In this document: positions 50,826 through 61,176 of the stretch, one piece after another
How positions within the stretch are numbered: the first letter of the stretch is position 1
Layout of the letters: each line of letters starts with the position of its first letter
Notes under the pieces: model-generated
The model's database searches: none
What the model saw: the letters and a program-made list of their open reading frames with translations, nothing else
Told to the model about the DNA's origin: nothing
Position numbers and translations under genes: made by a program
Source: an uncultured Acidimicrobiia bacterium
GTDB taxonomy: Bacteria > Actinomycetota > Acidimicrobiia > Acidimicrobiales > AC-14
Reading direction: 5' to 3'
DNA: 64,000 bases
NCBI GenBank assembly: GCA_963836205.1
Contig: CAWIIV010000017.1
Coordinates: 128,001-192,000 of the forward strand

Positions 50826-53621
50826 CTACGTTGAGCCGGCGCTACCCGAAACGGCGCCCCCCGAGACCGCGACCAGCAGGCAGCGGCAACCGAGGTGGGC
50901 CGGCGGGTGGTCCTGCCCGGTGGGGAAGGGCTCGCCCTTGGGGGTGGGCCCGGCCAGGGTGTTGTCGAAGCAGTCGGGGCACGGGCCCTCGTCGTCGACC
51001 ACCCACCGCAACAGGGTGCCGGCGGCAGTGGCGGCGTAGGCACCGAGGGCGTGGGCGGCGGCGGTGTGATGGCGGACCAGCTGCTCGATCTCCTGCAGCT
51101 TGGTGAGGCGGTAGGCGGCCCGGATGGCCTCGGCCAGCTCCTCCAGGTCGTCGCCGGCGGCGGCCACCACCCGTTGGAGGCGCTCCCGCAGGGGCCCGAC
51201 CAGGTCGTCGGCCAGCTTGCCGCCGAGGGCGGAGCCGGTGGTGTCGTCGGGTTCGGCGCCGCCGGCCTGGTAGGCGGCGGCCAGCACAGGCGCCGCGGCT
51301 GCGGTGAAGGCGCTCGCCTGCTGTTGGAGTTCGCCGATCACCGACGAGGCCCCCGCCTTCCCCCCCTCACGGAGGCGCTCGAGGACCTCGTTCTGGTCGT
51401 CCTGGAGGATGCGCTTGAGGGTGCGGGTGAGGTCGGCGTCGAGGGAGTCGAGTTGCTGGTCGCGCCGGGCGAGGGCGCCCTCCTCGACGACGTCGTCGGA
51501 CGGGGCGGTGGGCCCGGGGGCGGCCTCGGGCTCCGGGACTTGGTGGCGGAGGCGGGCGAAGAGCTCGTCGACCGGCGCCGCGCCGGGCGCCGAGTCGCGG
51601 ACGGCGGGCTGCTCGGAGGTGGCCAGTTCGGGCGGCTGCTCGGGCGCGGCCGCCGGTACCTCCAGGGGCAGGTCGGGCGGGATCGGGCGCAGGCCGGTGG
51701 AGCTCGGGGGCGGGCTGGTGCGTACCGCACCCGGTGCGGCCGACATGGTGGCCGCTCGGCCGCCAGCGGGAACAGGCACCGGCGCCGCGGACCGGCTGTA
51801 CGGAATGCTGTCGGCCACGGTCTGGGGCCGGAGGGTGGGACGGGTCGGCATCGGGCCGGCCGACGCCGAGGGGGTGGAGGGCGGGTTCCCGGCGGGCGCG
51901 GACGAGGGGCCGCCGTTGGGCGGGCGGGGCGAAGGGCCGGCACCGGGCGTGGATGAGGGGGAAGGGCCGCCGTTGCGCGGGCCAGACGAGGAGCCGCGAT
52001 CGGCCGGGTCGGCTGGGGACGCGCCGCCGGGCGTGGATGAGGACGGAGGGCCGCCGCCGGGCTGGCTGGACGAGACGCCACCGGCCGTAGACGACGCCGG
52101 AAGACCGCCACCGGACGGGACGGACGAGCCGCCTCCACCAGGTGGGTTGGACGAGGTGCCGCCGCCGCGAGGGGCGGACGAAGTGCTGCTACCGGGCGTG
52201 GACGACCACGGACGCTCGGGGTCGGCCTGCCCGCCGCTCGCCTCGGTGGCCGGGGAATCGGATGGCGACGGCGGGGTGGGCTCCGGTGGGCGGCCCTTGT
52301 CGCGAGGCAGGCCGAAGCCGGCTCCGGCCCAGGTGCCGGGATCGGCGGGGTCGAAGACGGGCTCGGGGGGGTGTCCCCCACCGACACCGGCGGCAGGGGT
52401 GAGGACGGGAGGAGGTGGCGGGGGAGACGGTGCTCGGCCCGCCCGTTCGATCCACCCGGGAGGGACCGGCGGCCGATCGGGCCGCTCGGAATCCGTCGCA
52501 TCCGGCGCCGACATCGGTGGCGGCGCCGGGTGCGACGGTTGGAGCGAGGGGTTGTAGGCGGGAGGGATCTCGGAGGGCCAGAAGCCGGACGCCGCCGGCC
52601 GGCCGGGCTGCTCGGAGGCGTGATCGGGCGTCTCCGGGCGGCGCATCGGGGCCACCGAACCCGGGCCCGACGACATCGGTGGCGGGGGCATCGGCTCCGA
52701 CCGCATCGACGACGACATCGGTGGCGGGGGCATCGGGGGAAGCGGCGGCATCGAGGGCATCGGCGGCAGCGGGGCGGCCCCGGTGGACGCCATCCGCAGC
52801 GGGGGTTCGGCGATCCGCAGCGGGGGTTCGGCGATCCGCAGCGGGGGGTGGGCGTCGGCGTCGGAGAGGCGTCGGCCGACCGCCTCCGCCGCCAGCCGCG
52901 CCTCGGGCTCGGCCGCGGCCAGCTCGGCGGTGACCTCCTCGAGCGTGCGGCGGACGACGTCGTAGGCCTGGACCAGGCGCTCCCGGGCCACCCGGAGCTG
53001 CTCCAGCTGCACCTCGGCCACCCGGCGGCGGCGGGCCAGGTCGCCCAACATCCGTTCCCGGACGGCCCGGGCCTCGGCCACCATCTCCTTGCCGTGGGAC
53101 CGGGCCGCCTGGATGGCCGCCTCGGCCTCGGCCTGGGCCTGGTCGCGGACCGCTCGGGCGTCGGCCTCGGCCGACTGGCGGAGGCTGGCCGACACGCCGT
53201 CGGCTTCGTCGACCCGGCGGGCCATGAGGGTGTCGGCCTCCTGGCGGATGCGGGCGATGCGGTACTCGGCGTCGCGCAGGGTGGCGGCCGCGGTGCGCTC
53301 GGCCTCGGCGGTGATGGCCGCGGCCGTCTCCCGGGCGCTGGCGATCAGTCGGCCCGCGTGCTCGCCCAGGCTGCTGGTGAGGGCCGCCTCGTCGAGCTCG
53401 GGATGGGCGGCCCGGTTCTGGGCGTCGTGCAGGGCCCGCCGCAGCTCCGCCTCCCGGGCCGCGGCCGCGCCCACCTCGTCGGCCACCCGCTTGAGGAACT
53501 GGCGGACCTCGGCCGGCTGGTAGCCGCGCAGCACGGTGGTGAAGCCCTTGCCGGCGACCGCCTCCGCGGAGATCGCCGCGCTGGAGGAGATGACGATCCT
53601 CTCGTCCCTCTCTTCGTCCAT
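50826..53621 (-). CDS. DivIVA-domain protein with Pro/Ser-rich linker and C-terminal MuF-like domain
   Basis: FTTVLRGYQPAEVRQFL plus coiled coil; C-terminal WVVDDEGPCPDC..FPTGQDHPPAHLGCRC. Confidence 0.75.
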   Translation of the reverse strand: MDEERDERIVISSSAAISAEAVAGKGFTTVLRGYQPAEVRQFLKRVADEVGAAAAREAELRRALHDAQNRAAHPELDEAALTSSLGEHAGRLIASARETAAAITAEAERTAAATLRDAEYRIARIRQEADTLMARRVDEADGVSASLRQSAEADARAVRDQAQAEAEAAIQAARSHGKEMVAEARAVRERMLGDLARRRRVAEVQLEQLRVARERLVQAYDVVRRTLEEVTAELAAAEPEARLAAEAVGRRLSDADAHPPLRIAEPPLRIAEPPLRMASTGAAPLPPMPSMPPLPPMPPPPMSSSMRSEPMPPPPMSSGPGSVAPMRRPETPDHASEQPGRPAASGFWPSEIPPAYNPSLQPSHPAPPPMSAPDATDSERPDRPPVPPGWIERAGRAPSPPPPPPVLTPAAGVGGGHPPEPVFDPADPGTWAGAGFGLPRDKGRPPEPTPPSPSDSPATEASGGQADPERPWSSTPGSSTSSAPRGGGTSSNPPGGGGSSVPSGGGLPASSTAGGVSSSQPGGGPPSSSTPGGASPADPADRGSSSGPRNGGPSPSSTPGAGPSPRPPNGGPSSAPAGNPPSTPSASAGPMPTRPTLRPQTVADSIPYSRSAAPVPVPAGGRAATMSAAPGAVRTSPPPSSTGLRPIPPDLPLEVPAAAPEQPPELATSEQPAVRDSAPGAAPVDELFARLRHQVPEPEAAPGPTAPSDDVVEEGALARRDQQLDSLDADLTRTLKRILQDDQNEVLERLREGGKAGASSVIGELQQQASAFTAAAAPVLAAAYQAGGAEPDDTTGSALGGKLADDLVGPLRERLQRVVAAAGDDLEELAEAIRAAYRLTKLQEIEQLVRHHTAAAHALGAYAATAAGTLLRWVVDDEGPCPDCFDNTLAGPTPKGEPFPTGQDHPPAHLGCRCLLVAVSGGAVSGSAGST

Positions 53622-53690
53622 CGCCGCAAAAGCCTACGCCTTCCCCGTCCGAAAATCGGGGATCGGCGCCCGGCCCGGCTCAGGTCGAGG

Positions 53691-54926
53691 TCACCCCCCG
53701 CCCAGGCCCCGCAACAAGCCGTTCAGCGCCTGCACCAGGGCATTGATCGTCTGGTCGATGAGGGGGATGCCGGTGTTGACGGGACCGATGTCGGGATTGT
53801 CGGGCGCGGGCTGGGGGACCGTCGTGGGCACGGCGCGCGCCGGTGGCGACCCCGGCACGGTGGGAGCGGTGGAGCCCCCCGACGGCGGCACCGACGAGCC
53901 ACCCCCGCCCGGGCTGGTGGTGCCACCATTGGGCGAGCCGCCCCCGCCCGGGAGCGGGATCGTCTCGAACGACCGCGGCCCGCGGCCGATAGCCTGGTCG
54001 ACGGCCGCCAGCAGGGAGGTCCGGGTCACCCCCTGGTCGAGGGCGACCAGGCCCCACTGGGCACCCTCGTCGCGGAAGGTGAAGATGGCCGCCCAGCGGG
54101 CGTCGAAGGAGCCCCGGGTGCCCTCCAGGGCTATGGCGGCACCGACCAGGGACTCGCCCGGCGAGCGAAGGGCGTCGAACAGCGAAAGCCCGAACGAGGG
54201 CTGGTCGGCGAGCCCGGGCAGGAGCCCGACCAGGAACTCGACCGTGCGACCGTCGGTGGAGCCGAGCTGGGCGGTGAAGCCCTTGCTCCGCGCCTCCAGG
54301 TCGTTGCCCGTCTCGATGGCGTCGCCCAGCAGGCGGCGGTCCCACGAGTCGTCGGCGTTGTACGACAGCGGCACCGGGCGGTCGGGCACCTGGCCGTCGG
54401 CGGCGATCGAGAGCTCGCGCAACGCGGGGAGAGTCGTCGACCGGTCGCCGGAGCGAAGCTCGACCTCGCCCTCGTACGACGACACCACCAGCACCGGCCC
54501 CCGGGAGACCTGGGCGGCGGCGCTCACGATCACGTCGGGACCCTCGGTGGACACCGTCAGGCGGGCGTCCGCAGGCGCGTGCACCAGCAGGTCGTTCTCC
54601 AGGAGGCGGGGCTGGGGGACCGACCCGTCCCCGTCGACCTCCGCCTTCTCCAGCACGACGTTGGTGCCGGTGCGCAGCTCGAGCTCCCGGCCCCGGTCGA
54701 GGCGGATGACGGCCGTGCCCTCGAGCACCTTGACCCGGTCCCCGAACTTGACCGTCCGGCTGCCGCGCTCCTCCTGGGCTTCCCCGCCCGCCGAGGCCAC
54801 CTCGGCCCGGCCGGTGACGGTGAGCCGGCCGGCGTCGTCGTCGCCACCCCCGGAGCAGGCCGCACCCACGACCAGCAGGACCAGGGCGGCGAGGCCGAGC
54901 CGCGCCTTCTTCGGCAGGCGGTTCAC
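53691..54926 (-). CDS. Lipoprotein with FecR-like beta-rich domain
   Basis: Signal with GAAC lipobox; GDRVKVLEGTAVIRL..ELRTGT; GTGA overlap with the kinase gene. Confidence 0.6.
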   Translation of the reverse strand: MNRLPKKARLGLAALVLLVVGAACSGGGDDDAGRLTVTGRAEVASAGGEAQEERGSRTVKFGDRVKVLEGTAVIRLDRGRELELRTGTNVVLEKAEVDGDGSVPQPRLLENDLLVHAPADARLTVSTEGPDVIVSAAAQVSRGPVLVVSSYEGEVELRSGDRSTTLPALRELSIAADGQVPDRPVPLSYNADDSWDRRLLGDAIETGNDLEARSKGFTAQLGSTDGRTVEFLVGLLPGLADQPSFGLSLFDALRSPGESLVGAAIALEGTRGSFDARWAAIFTFRDEGAQWGLVALDQGVTRTSLLAAVDQAIGRGPRSFETIPLPGGGGSPNGGTTSPGGGGSSVPPSGGSTAPTVPGSPPARAVPTTVPQPAPDNPDIGPVNTGIPLIDQTINALVQALNGLLRGLGGG

Positions 54927-57574
54927 GTACGGGTCCGGCGGCGGGCACGGGCGGGCGCGAGCGGGAGCACCATGGAGAACCTCGACCCCTTTCCGGGCAC
55001 TGTCTTGCAGGTCAGCTCGCCCTGGTGGGCCTCGACGATGCGCCGGACGAGGGCCAGGCCGAGGCCGAGCCCGCCGAACATGCGCGTCGGCGAGCTGTCG
55101 CCCTGGGCGAAGTCCTCGAAGATCCCCTCCATACGGTCGGCGGGGATGCCGATTCCGTGGTCGCGCACCGAGATGTCGACCGACCGACCGCCGTCGCCGT
55201 TGTCGTCGGACACGCGGGCGGTGACGTTGACCGGCCCCCCGTCGGGCGAGAACTTCACCGCGTTGTCGACCAGCTCGTCGAGGCAGCGCTCGAGCAGGGC
55301 GCGGTCGCCGACCAGGTCGGGGATGCTGCGGCCGACGCGGGTGGTGATGGGGTGACGGTCGTCGACCCGGGTCCGCCACCGACTCACGACCGACTCGAGC
55401 ATCGGTCCTACCTGTACACGGTCGCGGCGCATAGCGCTGGGCGCGGCCTCCTGGGCGGCCACGTCGAGGAGGCGCTGCACGACGGCCTCCAACCGGTCGG
55501 CGGCCTCCACGATCTCCTCCAGCGACTCCCGGGCCGTGTCGGGCGGGACGTCGCGCCGCAGGAGGAGCTCGGCGTAGCCCTTGATGGGGACGAGGGGGGT
55601 GCGCAGCTCGTGGCTGATGTTGGACAGCAGCTCGCTCTTGGCCCGCTCCGCCTCCCGCTCCCGGCGCATGTCGCGGAGCACGTAGACGCCGCCGACGATC
55701 TGGTCGCCCGATCCCCGCAGCCCGCCGGCGGACAGGGCCACCGGCACCAGCAGGCCGTCCTGGCGGACGACGATGGCGCTCTCGCTCCACCCCGACTCCG
55801 GGGGGGTGGCCAGCCTGGCCGTCAGGGGCGTGCCGTTCTCGGCGGTGATGGTGGCCACGTCGCCCACCTTGCCCCCCAACGCCGTGCGGGCAGGGACGCC
55901 GAAAAGCTCCTCGGCGGCGCCGTTGAAGGTGGCGATGCGACCGTCGCCGTCGACCGCCAGCAGGGCCTCGCCCATGCCCGCCACCACTGCCTCCAGCCGG
56001 TTGCGGACCTGGGCCTCCTCGTCCGCGCTCTGGCGCAGCTCCCGAGCCAGGGTCTCGATGGAACCGGCCATGGAGTCGAACGTCTGGCCCAGGATGCCGA
56101 CCTCGTCCCGGCTCGACATCGCCGCCCGCACCGACAGGTCGCCGGCCTCGATCTCCTTGGCCGCCTTGGTGAGGCGGCGGATGCCGGTGCCGATGCGCTC
56201 CCCCACGATGACGGCGATGACGAAGGCGGTGAGGGCGGCGGCCAGCGCCACCAGGAAGAGGGTCTTGAACAGGTCGGTGCGGGTCGTGTCGACGACATCG
56301 GTGGGGACCGACGCGATGATCGCCACCCGCTTGGGCGCGGTCGGCGAGGCGTCGGCGGGAACGGCCCTCGCCACCAGGAAGGATCCGCTGCTCTTGGCCG
56401 AGACGCTCTCCGGGCCGCCTTCGGCCAGTGCCCCGTCGGCCAGGCTGAACACCACCTCCTGGGGGGGCTGGATGGTGCCGGACAACCCCAGTTGGTGCTC
56501 GCGGTCGGCCAGGATCAGGGTGACGTCCTTCGTGAAGCTGCGGTCGTTGAGGTACTCGGAGTCGAGCTCCTCCATGGCGACGACCACGCCGGCCACGAGC
56601 TGTCTCCCGTCGGGCAGCTTCACCGTCACCCCGTACACACCCATCGCCAGGGCCCGGCCGGGGAAGGCGATCACCGAGCTGGCCACCGGCTCACCGGCGC
56701 CGGACCAGTCGATCACCTTGGTCACCGCGTCCGACCCGACCACCGCCGCCGCCTCGGCCCCGTTGAGCCGGGGGCCGGTTGTGACGATCACCCGCCGGCC
56801 GGCGGTGGCGAACAGGAGGGGGCCCGAGGTCGGCAGCAGCGGGGTGATCGTGCCCAGGTTGGTTCCGATGGCGTCCGCGCCGGGTGACTGCTCGCCATCG
56901 AGGGACAGGGCGAGGACCTGGTTGCTGTTGCTTCCCTGGATCGTGAGGGCGGAGATCTTGGCGCTGGTCTCGGCGTCCTTGAGCCCCGACACCGTGATCT
57001 CCTGGGCCTGGGCCTGGGCCCGGACGTCGATGCTCTTGAACGCCTCCGCCTCCACCGTGCGGGCGATCACCACCGACAGGGCGACCGACACCGCCAGCAC
57101 GACCACCAGGAGGATTGCGCCCACGCTGACGGTGATCCGGGCGCTGATCGAGCGCCGGGCCGACATGAGCAGCACCAGGCCGGCGAAGAGGGCGCCGCTG
57201 CCGCGCACCCAGTCGGAGGTGGTGGGCTCGCCCAGCAGGGTGAGGCACTCGGCCATCGCCATGAACACGAGCGCCAGCCACAGCAGCCGGCGGGGGCCCC
57301 GGTCGGTGCCCCATCCCAGGGTGCCGAGGGCCAGCAGTCCGATGCCCACGCACCGGAAGACGACGACCGGCGTCTCCCGGGCATCGGTGAGGAGGGACCC
57401 GTGGAGGAAGGCGGCCGCAGCCACGCAGATGAAGCCGGGGACGAGGACGCTGCGCGACCGGCGACCGGCCCCCACCAGGTCGGGCCGGGTCATGACGATG
57501 GCCGCGCCGGCCACCATCACGAGGAAGGAGGCGAACTCGACCGCGAACCGGAGCTGGGCGGCGGCAGTGGACAT
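54923..57574 (-). CDS. Membrane sensor histidine kinase (HAMP-PAS-HisKA-HATPase)
   Basis: DEVGILGQTFDSMA HAMP, FNGAAEELFG PAS, SHELRTPL H-box, NAVKFS, DHGIGI, GLGLGL. Confidence 0.95.
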   Translation of the reverse strand: MSTAAAQLRFAVEFASFLVMVAGAAIVMTRPDLVGAGRRSRSVLVPGFICVAAAAFLHGSLLTDARETPVVVFRCVGIGLLALGTLGWGTDRGPRRLLWLALVFMAMAECLTLLGEPTTSDWVRGSGALFAGLVLLMSARRSISARITVSVGAILLVVVLAVSVALSVVIARTVEAEAFKSIDVRAQAQAQEITVSGLKDAETSAKISALTIQGSNSNQVLALSLDGEQSPGADAIGTNLGTITPLLPTSGPLLFATAGRRVIVTTGPRLNGAEAAAVVGSDAVTKVIDWSGAGEPVASSVIAFPGRALAMGVYGVTVKLPDGRQLVAGVVVAMEELDSEYLNDRSFTKDVTLILADREHQLGLSGTIQPPQEVVFSLADGALAEGGPESVSAKSSGSFLVARAVPADASPTAPKRVAIIASVPTDVVDTTRTDLFKTLFLVALAAALTAFVIAVIVGERIGTGIRRLTKAAKEIEAGDLSVRAAMSSRDEVGILGQTFDSMAGSIETLARELRQSADEEAQVRNRLEAVVAGMGEALLAVDGDGRIATFNGAAEELFGVPARTALGGKVGDVATITAENGTPLTARLATPPESGWSESAIVVRQDGLLVPVALSAGGLRGSGDQIVGGVYVLRDMRREREAERAKSELLSNISHELRTPLVPIKGYAELLLRRDVPPDTARESLEEIVEAADRLEAVVQRLLDVAAQEAAPSAMRRDRVQVGPMLESVVSRWRTRVDDRHPITTRVGRSIPDLVGDRALLERCLDELVDNAVKFSPDGGPVNVTARVSDDNGDGGRSVDISVRDHGIGIPADRMEGIFEDFAQGDSSPTRMFGGLGLGLALVRRIVEAHQGELTCKTVPGKGSRFSMVLPLAPARARRRTRT

Positions 57575-57828
57575 CTAGCGGGAGTGGAGCAGGCCCCCCT
57601 CCCGGCCCCCCCTCGCGGCGGCCGGCCGGCGGCCGGCGGCGGACTCGGCGGGAGGCAGGGACGACCCGGTGATCGACGCCGGCGCCGGTGCCCGCCCACC
57701 GTCGGACGTCCCACCCGGGCAGGGGCGCCCGGCACGCTCGAACGGGGCCTGAGGCCGGCACTTCATCGCTCTCATCGTACCGCCCGACCGTCACCGTCGG
57801 TGGTGCCGGTCCTACGGTCCGCCGTGAT

Positions 57829-58887
57829 TCAGGTCCCCCGGGCCGGGCCGCCCTCGGGGGGGCCGAGGGCAAGGGCGTTGCTCCCCTCGAGGCTTCCCAG
57901 GACCCGTAGGGCGTCGTCGAAGGAGTCGACGGGCAGGACCTGGAGGTCGCCGGCCCGGGAGCGGGCCTCGTCCAGGTTGGCCGACGGCACCAGGAACACG
58001 TCGGCCCCGGCCCGGCGCACAGTGATGGCCTTCTGGGCCACCCCGCCGATGGGACCGACGGTGCCGTCGGTGCGGAGGTCGCCGGTGGCCGCCACCACCA
58101 TGCCCCCGGTGAGCTCGCCCGGGGTGAGGACGTCGAGCAGTTCGAGGGCGTAGGCCAGGCCGGCCGAGGGTCCCACCACCTTGCCCGAGTCGATCGTGAT
58201 CTCGAAGGGCAGCTTGACCCGGGTGGTGAGGCGGACGCCGAGCAGGGGCCCCCCGTCGTCGCTCCGCCCGAGGGGAGCGTCGATCTCGACCGGCCGACCG
58301 TCGCGCTCGACCCGAAGGTGCACGACGTCGCCCGCCTGGCGGGCCTGGATGCCGGTGACCACGTCGACGGTGTCGGTGACCGGGAGGTCGTCGATGGCCA
58401 CGATGACGTCGAGCGCCCGCAGCAGGGACGACGCCGGCAGCGAGGGGGCGACGTCGACGATCTCGGCCCCGTCGCCCAGGTCGTCGAAGCCGAGGTGGCG
58501 CAGGGCCAGGACCTGGGCCGTGGTCTTGGAGTCGGCCATGGCCTCGATGTTCATCTGCTTGAAGTCGTCGGGGGAGGTGTCGCCCCGGAGATCCTCCTCG
58601 GGGAAGACGTCGGTGTCGGCATCGAGCCACCCGGCCAGGGCCTCGTAGGGATTCACCCTCTCCCGGACGGAGACGGTGGTGTAAAGAAGCTGGCCCCGGG
58701 GAGGGTAGGAGGGATGTCCCGTCACCGTCACCACCCCGTTGACGGCCCGGGCCGATCCCGGCCCGATGCTGTCGTACGGCAGGCTCACGAAGCGGGCCCC
58801 GATTGCCACCATCGAGATCACCAGGCTCACGCCGACCAGCACCACCATCCACGGTCGGATCGGCCTGTGCCCCGGCGGGGCGGGCAT
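57829..58887 (-). CDS. PDZ/Lon-like protease (YlbL family)
   Basis: PDZ domain; GPSAGL Ser motif, TG..GPIGGVAQK Lys motif. Confidence 0.92.
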   Translation of the reverse strand: MPAPPGHRPIRPWMVVLVGVSLVISMVAIGARFVSLPYDSIGPGSARAVNGVVTVTGHPSYPPRGQLLYTTVSVRERVNPYEALAGWLDADTDVFPEEDLRGDTSPDDFKQMNIEAMADSKTTAQVLALRHLGFDDLGDGAEIVDVAPSLPASSLLRALDVIVAIDDLPVTDTVDVVTGIQARQAGDVVHLRVERDGRPVEIDAPLGRSDDGGPLLGVRLTTRVKLPFEITIDSGKVVGPSAGLAYALELLDVLTPGELTGGMVVAATGDLRTDGTVGPIGGVAQKAITVRRAGADVFLVPSANLDEARSRAGDLQVLPVDSFDDALRVLGSLEGSNALALGPPEGGPARGT

Positions 58888-59125
58888 CGACCAGTCGGTG
58901 CGATACCCCTTTGACGAGATCGGATCAGACGTGTCGACGCTCCTTGGCCCTGCCGTGGTGCTGGTCGCGATCATCGCAACCATCCGGATTGCCCTGAGCC
59001 AGTCCGACCAGCCCGACCAGACTGCCACGACGAAAACCCAATCCGACCGCACCCCGAGCCCCGAGGGTGCCAGGCCGGCCCGGGCGCCCGATCACGCCCG
59101 CCGGCGCGCCCCCTCACCCGTGCCG

Positions 59126-59299
59126 ATGACCCCTGCCCTGCCGGCCGGCTTCCAATGGGTCGAGGCCGGGCCCGTGCCCCGGTTCCGGGCCGGATTCGCC
59201 TTGGTGGTGGTGCTGGCGGTGGTGGGCGCCCTGCTGGCGGTGGCCGTCGCCGCCGTCGTGGTCGCGGCGTCGGTCGCGGTGCGAGGCTCGCTGGGTTAG
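59126..59299 (+). CDS. Small membrane protein
   Basis: Short ORF with a long hydrophobic stretch. Confidence 0.45.
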   Translation: MTPALPAGFQWVEAGPVPRFRAGFALVVVLAVVGALLAVAVAAVVVAASVAVRGSLG

Positions 59300-59308
59300 C
59301 GGCAGCCC

Positions 59309-59968
59309 CTATGTGGCCAGGGCCAGTTTCACCACGAAGCGGTAGGCGGCGGAGCCGGGGGGGTGGCAGGCGTAGAGGGTGCCGGTCGGCTCCGGGGTCT
59401 GGTCGGCGATCCACGTGTCGGAGGGCGTGACCACCAGGTTCCCCGTGACGCGGTAGACGGAGCGGGTCTCGCCCACGGTGAAGATCACCTCGTCGCCCTC
59501 GACCAGGGCGTCGAGGTCGCGGAAGGGGCGGGAGTTGGTGATGCGGTGGCCGGCGAAGACGGTGTTGCCAGGCTGCCCGGGCTCGGCCGTGCCCGTCCAG
59601 TGGCTGGGGCCGAGGTCGATGTTGTGGAGGGTGACGCCGTCGTAGATGGTGCTGGTCATCCCCAGGGCGGGGATCTCCATGGTGCCGATCTCGCGCACCG
59701 GCTCGGGGGCGTAGGAGTCTTCGGGGATGATGACCGGCCGGGGGAGATCGGGAAGGGTGGTGGTGGGGATGGGCGGGGCGGCCGTCGTCGTCGGAGGCGC
59801 GAGAATCGGGTCGTCCAGCCCCCGGCCCATGGTGGACGGAGGGACGTCGTAGCGGTCGCTGCCGTAGCCCCGGGAGCAGGCTGCGCCCGCGGCCAGCAGG
59901 GTCGTCGCCGACAGCAGCGACACGAGGGAGACGAGGGCCCGATGGCGAGAGGTTCCGGACGGCCCCAT
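59309..59968 (-). CDS. Sortase (class E-like), lipoprotein-type N-terminus
   Basis: GNTVFAGHR, TLYACHPPGS..YRFVV; GAAC lipobox. Confidence 0.9.
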   Translation of the reverse strand: MGPSGTSRHRALVSLVSLLSATTLLAAGAACSRGYGSDRYDVPPSTMGRGLDDPILAPPTTTAAPPIPTTTLPDLPRPVIIPEDSYAPEPVREIGTMEIPALGMTSTIYDGVTLHNIDLGPSHWTGTAEPGQPGNTVFAGHRITNSRPFRDLDALVEGDEVIFTVGETRSVYRVTGNLVVTPSDTWIADQTPEPTGTLYACHPPGSAAYRFVVKLALAT

Positions 59969-60634
59969 CCCCCCGAGGATCGCACACCGACCCCGGACGG
60001 CGGGCGTCGGGGGCGCGGCGGCGGGGGCGCCCGGCGGGCGGCGGCCATCGCCGGTCACACCGGGGACGAGGCCACCGCCCGGGCTCTGCTGGCGGGTACC
60101 GACGACGACGGCGGCGGCGACGACGACGACGACGGGTCGCCCGCCGTGCGGGCCACGGCCCTGGCTGCCCTCGCCCGGATGGGGGCGGCCACCGACGCCG
60201 ACGTGGCCGCCGCCCTCGCCGACGGCGTGGCCGAGGTCCGCCGGCGGGCGTGCGAGGTGGCCGTCGCCCACCCCGCGGTCGACCTCCGACCCCTCCTGGC
60301 CGACGTCGACCCCATGGTCGTGGAGGCGGCGGCGTGGGCGCTCGGGGAACGGGGCGCCGACGCCGCCGGTGCGGTGGACACCCTCGTCGGGGTGGCGGGA
60401 GGTCACGCCGACGCCCTCTGCCGGGAGGCGGCGGTGGCTGCCCTGGGCGCCATCGGCGACGAGCGGGGCCTGCCCGCCATCTTGGCGGCCACGTCCGACA
60501 AGCCCGCGGTGCGGCGGCGGGCGGTCATCGCGCTGGCCCCCTTCGACGGCCCCGAGGTCGACGCCGCCCTCCTCCGAGCCCGTGACGACCGCGACTGGCA
60601 GGTCCGCCAGGCCGCCGAGGACCTTTCGGACTGA
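59942..60634 (+). CDS. HEAT-repeat protein (start uncertain)
   Basis: Repeated VRATALAAL, VEAAAWALGE, REAAVAALGAIGD, DWQVRQAA. Confidence 0.8.
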   Translation: MARGSGRPHPPEDRTPTPDGGRRGRGGGGARRAAAIAGHTGDEATARALLAGTDDDGGGDDDDDGSPAVRATALAALARMGAATDADVAAALADGVAEVRRRACEVAVAHPAVDLRPLLADVDPMVVEAAAWALGERGADAAGAVDTLVGVAGGHADALCREAAVAALGAIGDERGLPAILAATSDKPAVRRRAVIALAPFDGPEVDAALLRARDDRDWQVRQAAEDLSD

Positions 60635-60653
60635 ACCACTCCGGAGTGGCGGG

Positions 60654-61118
60654 TTACTGGCAGAAGTAGTCCGGAACGACGCCTTCGAGGGTGGGGCCGC
60701 CGTCGAACACGTCGACGATGAAGGGCATGTCGCAGTTGCCGGGCTTGGCGAAATACGTCCACCGGTAGCTGATCACGAGCGATGTGTACGTGCCCGTCTT
60801 GTACGGCAGGCCGAACCGACCGCACTCGTAGCCGGCGGCGGCGTAGTGGGCGTGGGTGTTCGACATGAGCTGCACGTAGGACTGGCCGACGCCGTTCCAG
60901 GTGATCCACTGCAGAGGCACGTCGTAGTCGGCGAAGGCCGAGCTGTAGCTGGCACCCAGGCCGGGAGTGCCGAGCCAGGCCCCGTTGTAGGGAAACTCCG
61001 AATAGCAGGCGGTTGGGGTCCAGCCCCGCTCGCCGGCGGCAGCGGCGGGCGCGGGGGCGGCGAGGGTGAGCAGCGGCGCGGTCAGCGCCAGCAGGAAGGC
61101 CAGGATCCGTCTTCTCAT
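60654..61118 (-). CDS. Secreted hypothetical protein
   Basis: MRRR signal with AxA sites; aromatic-rich mature part with four Cys. Confidence 0.7.
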   Translation of the reverse strand: MRRRILAFLLALTAPLLTLAAPAPAAAAGERGWTPTACYSEFPYNGAWLGTPGLGASYSSAFADYDVPLQWITWNGVGQSYVQLMSNTHAHYAAAGYECGRFGLPYKTGTYTSLVISYRWTYFAKPGNCDMPFIVDVFDGGPTLEGVVPDYFCQ

Positions 61119-61176
61119 CCCTTTCCCTCCTCTGTTCTTCCGGCGCGGGTTGGCCCTCGCCGAACGTGGCGATCAG

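Noticed and set aside
52791-52848. 21-bp tandem repeat encoding PPLRIAE
   Set aside because: In-frame low-complexity linker expansion with no frame effect
52371-55355. 994-aa plus-strand ORF and similar long Arg/Gly/Pro-rich ORFs
   Set aside because: Antisense or off-frame shadows of real genes, expected in high-GC DNA with few stop codons
57575-57775. Small ORF upstream of the histidine kinase
   Set aside because: Low-complexity sequence with no motif or clear RBS; more likely a promoter or leader region
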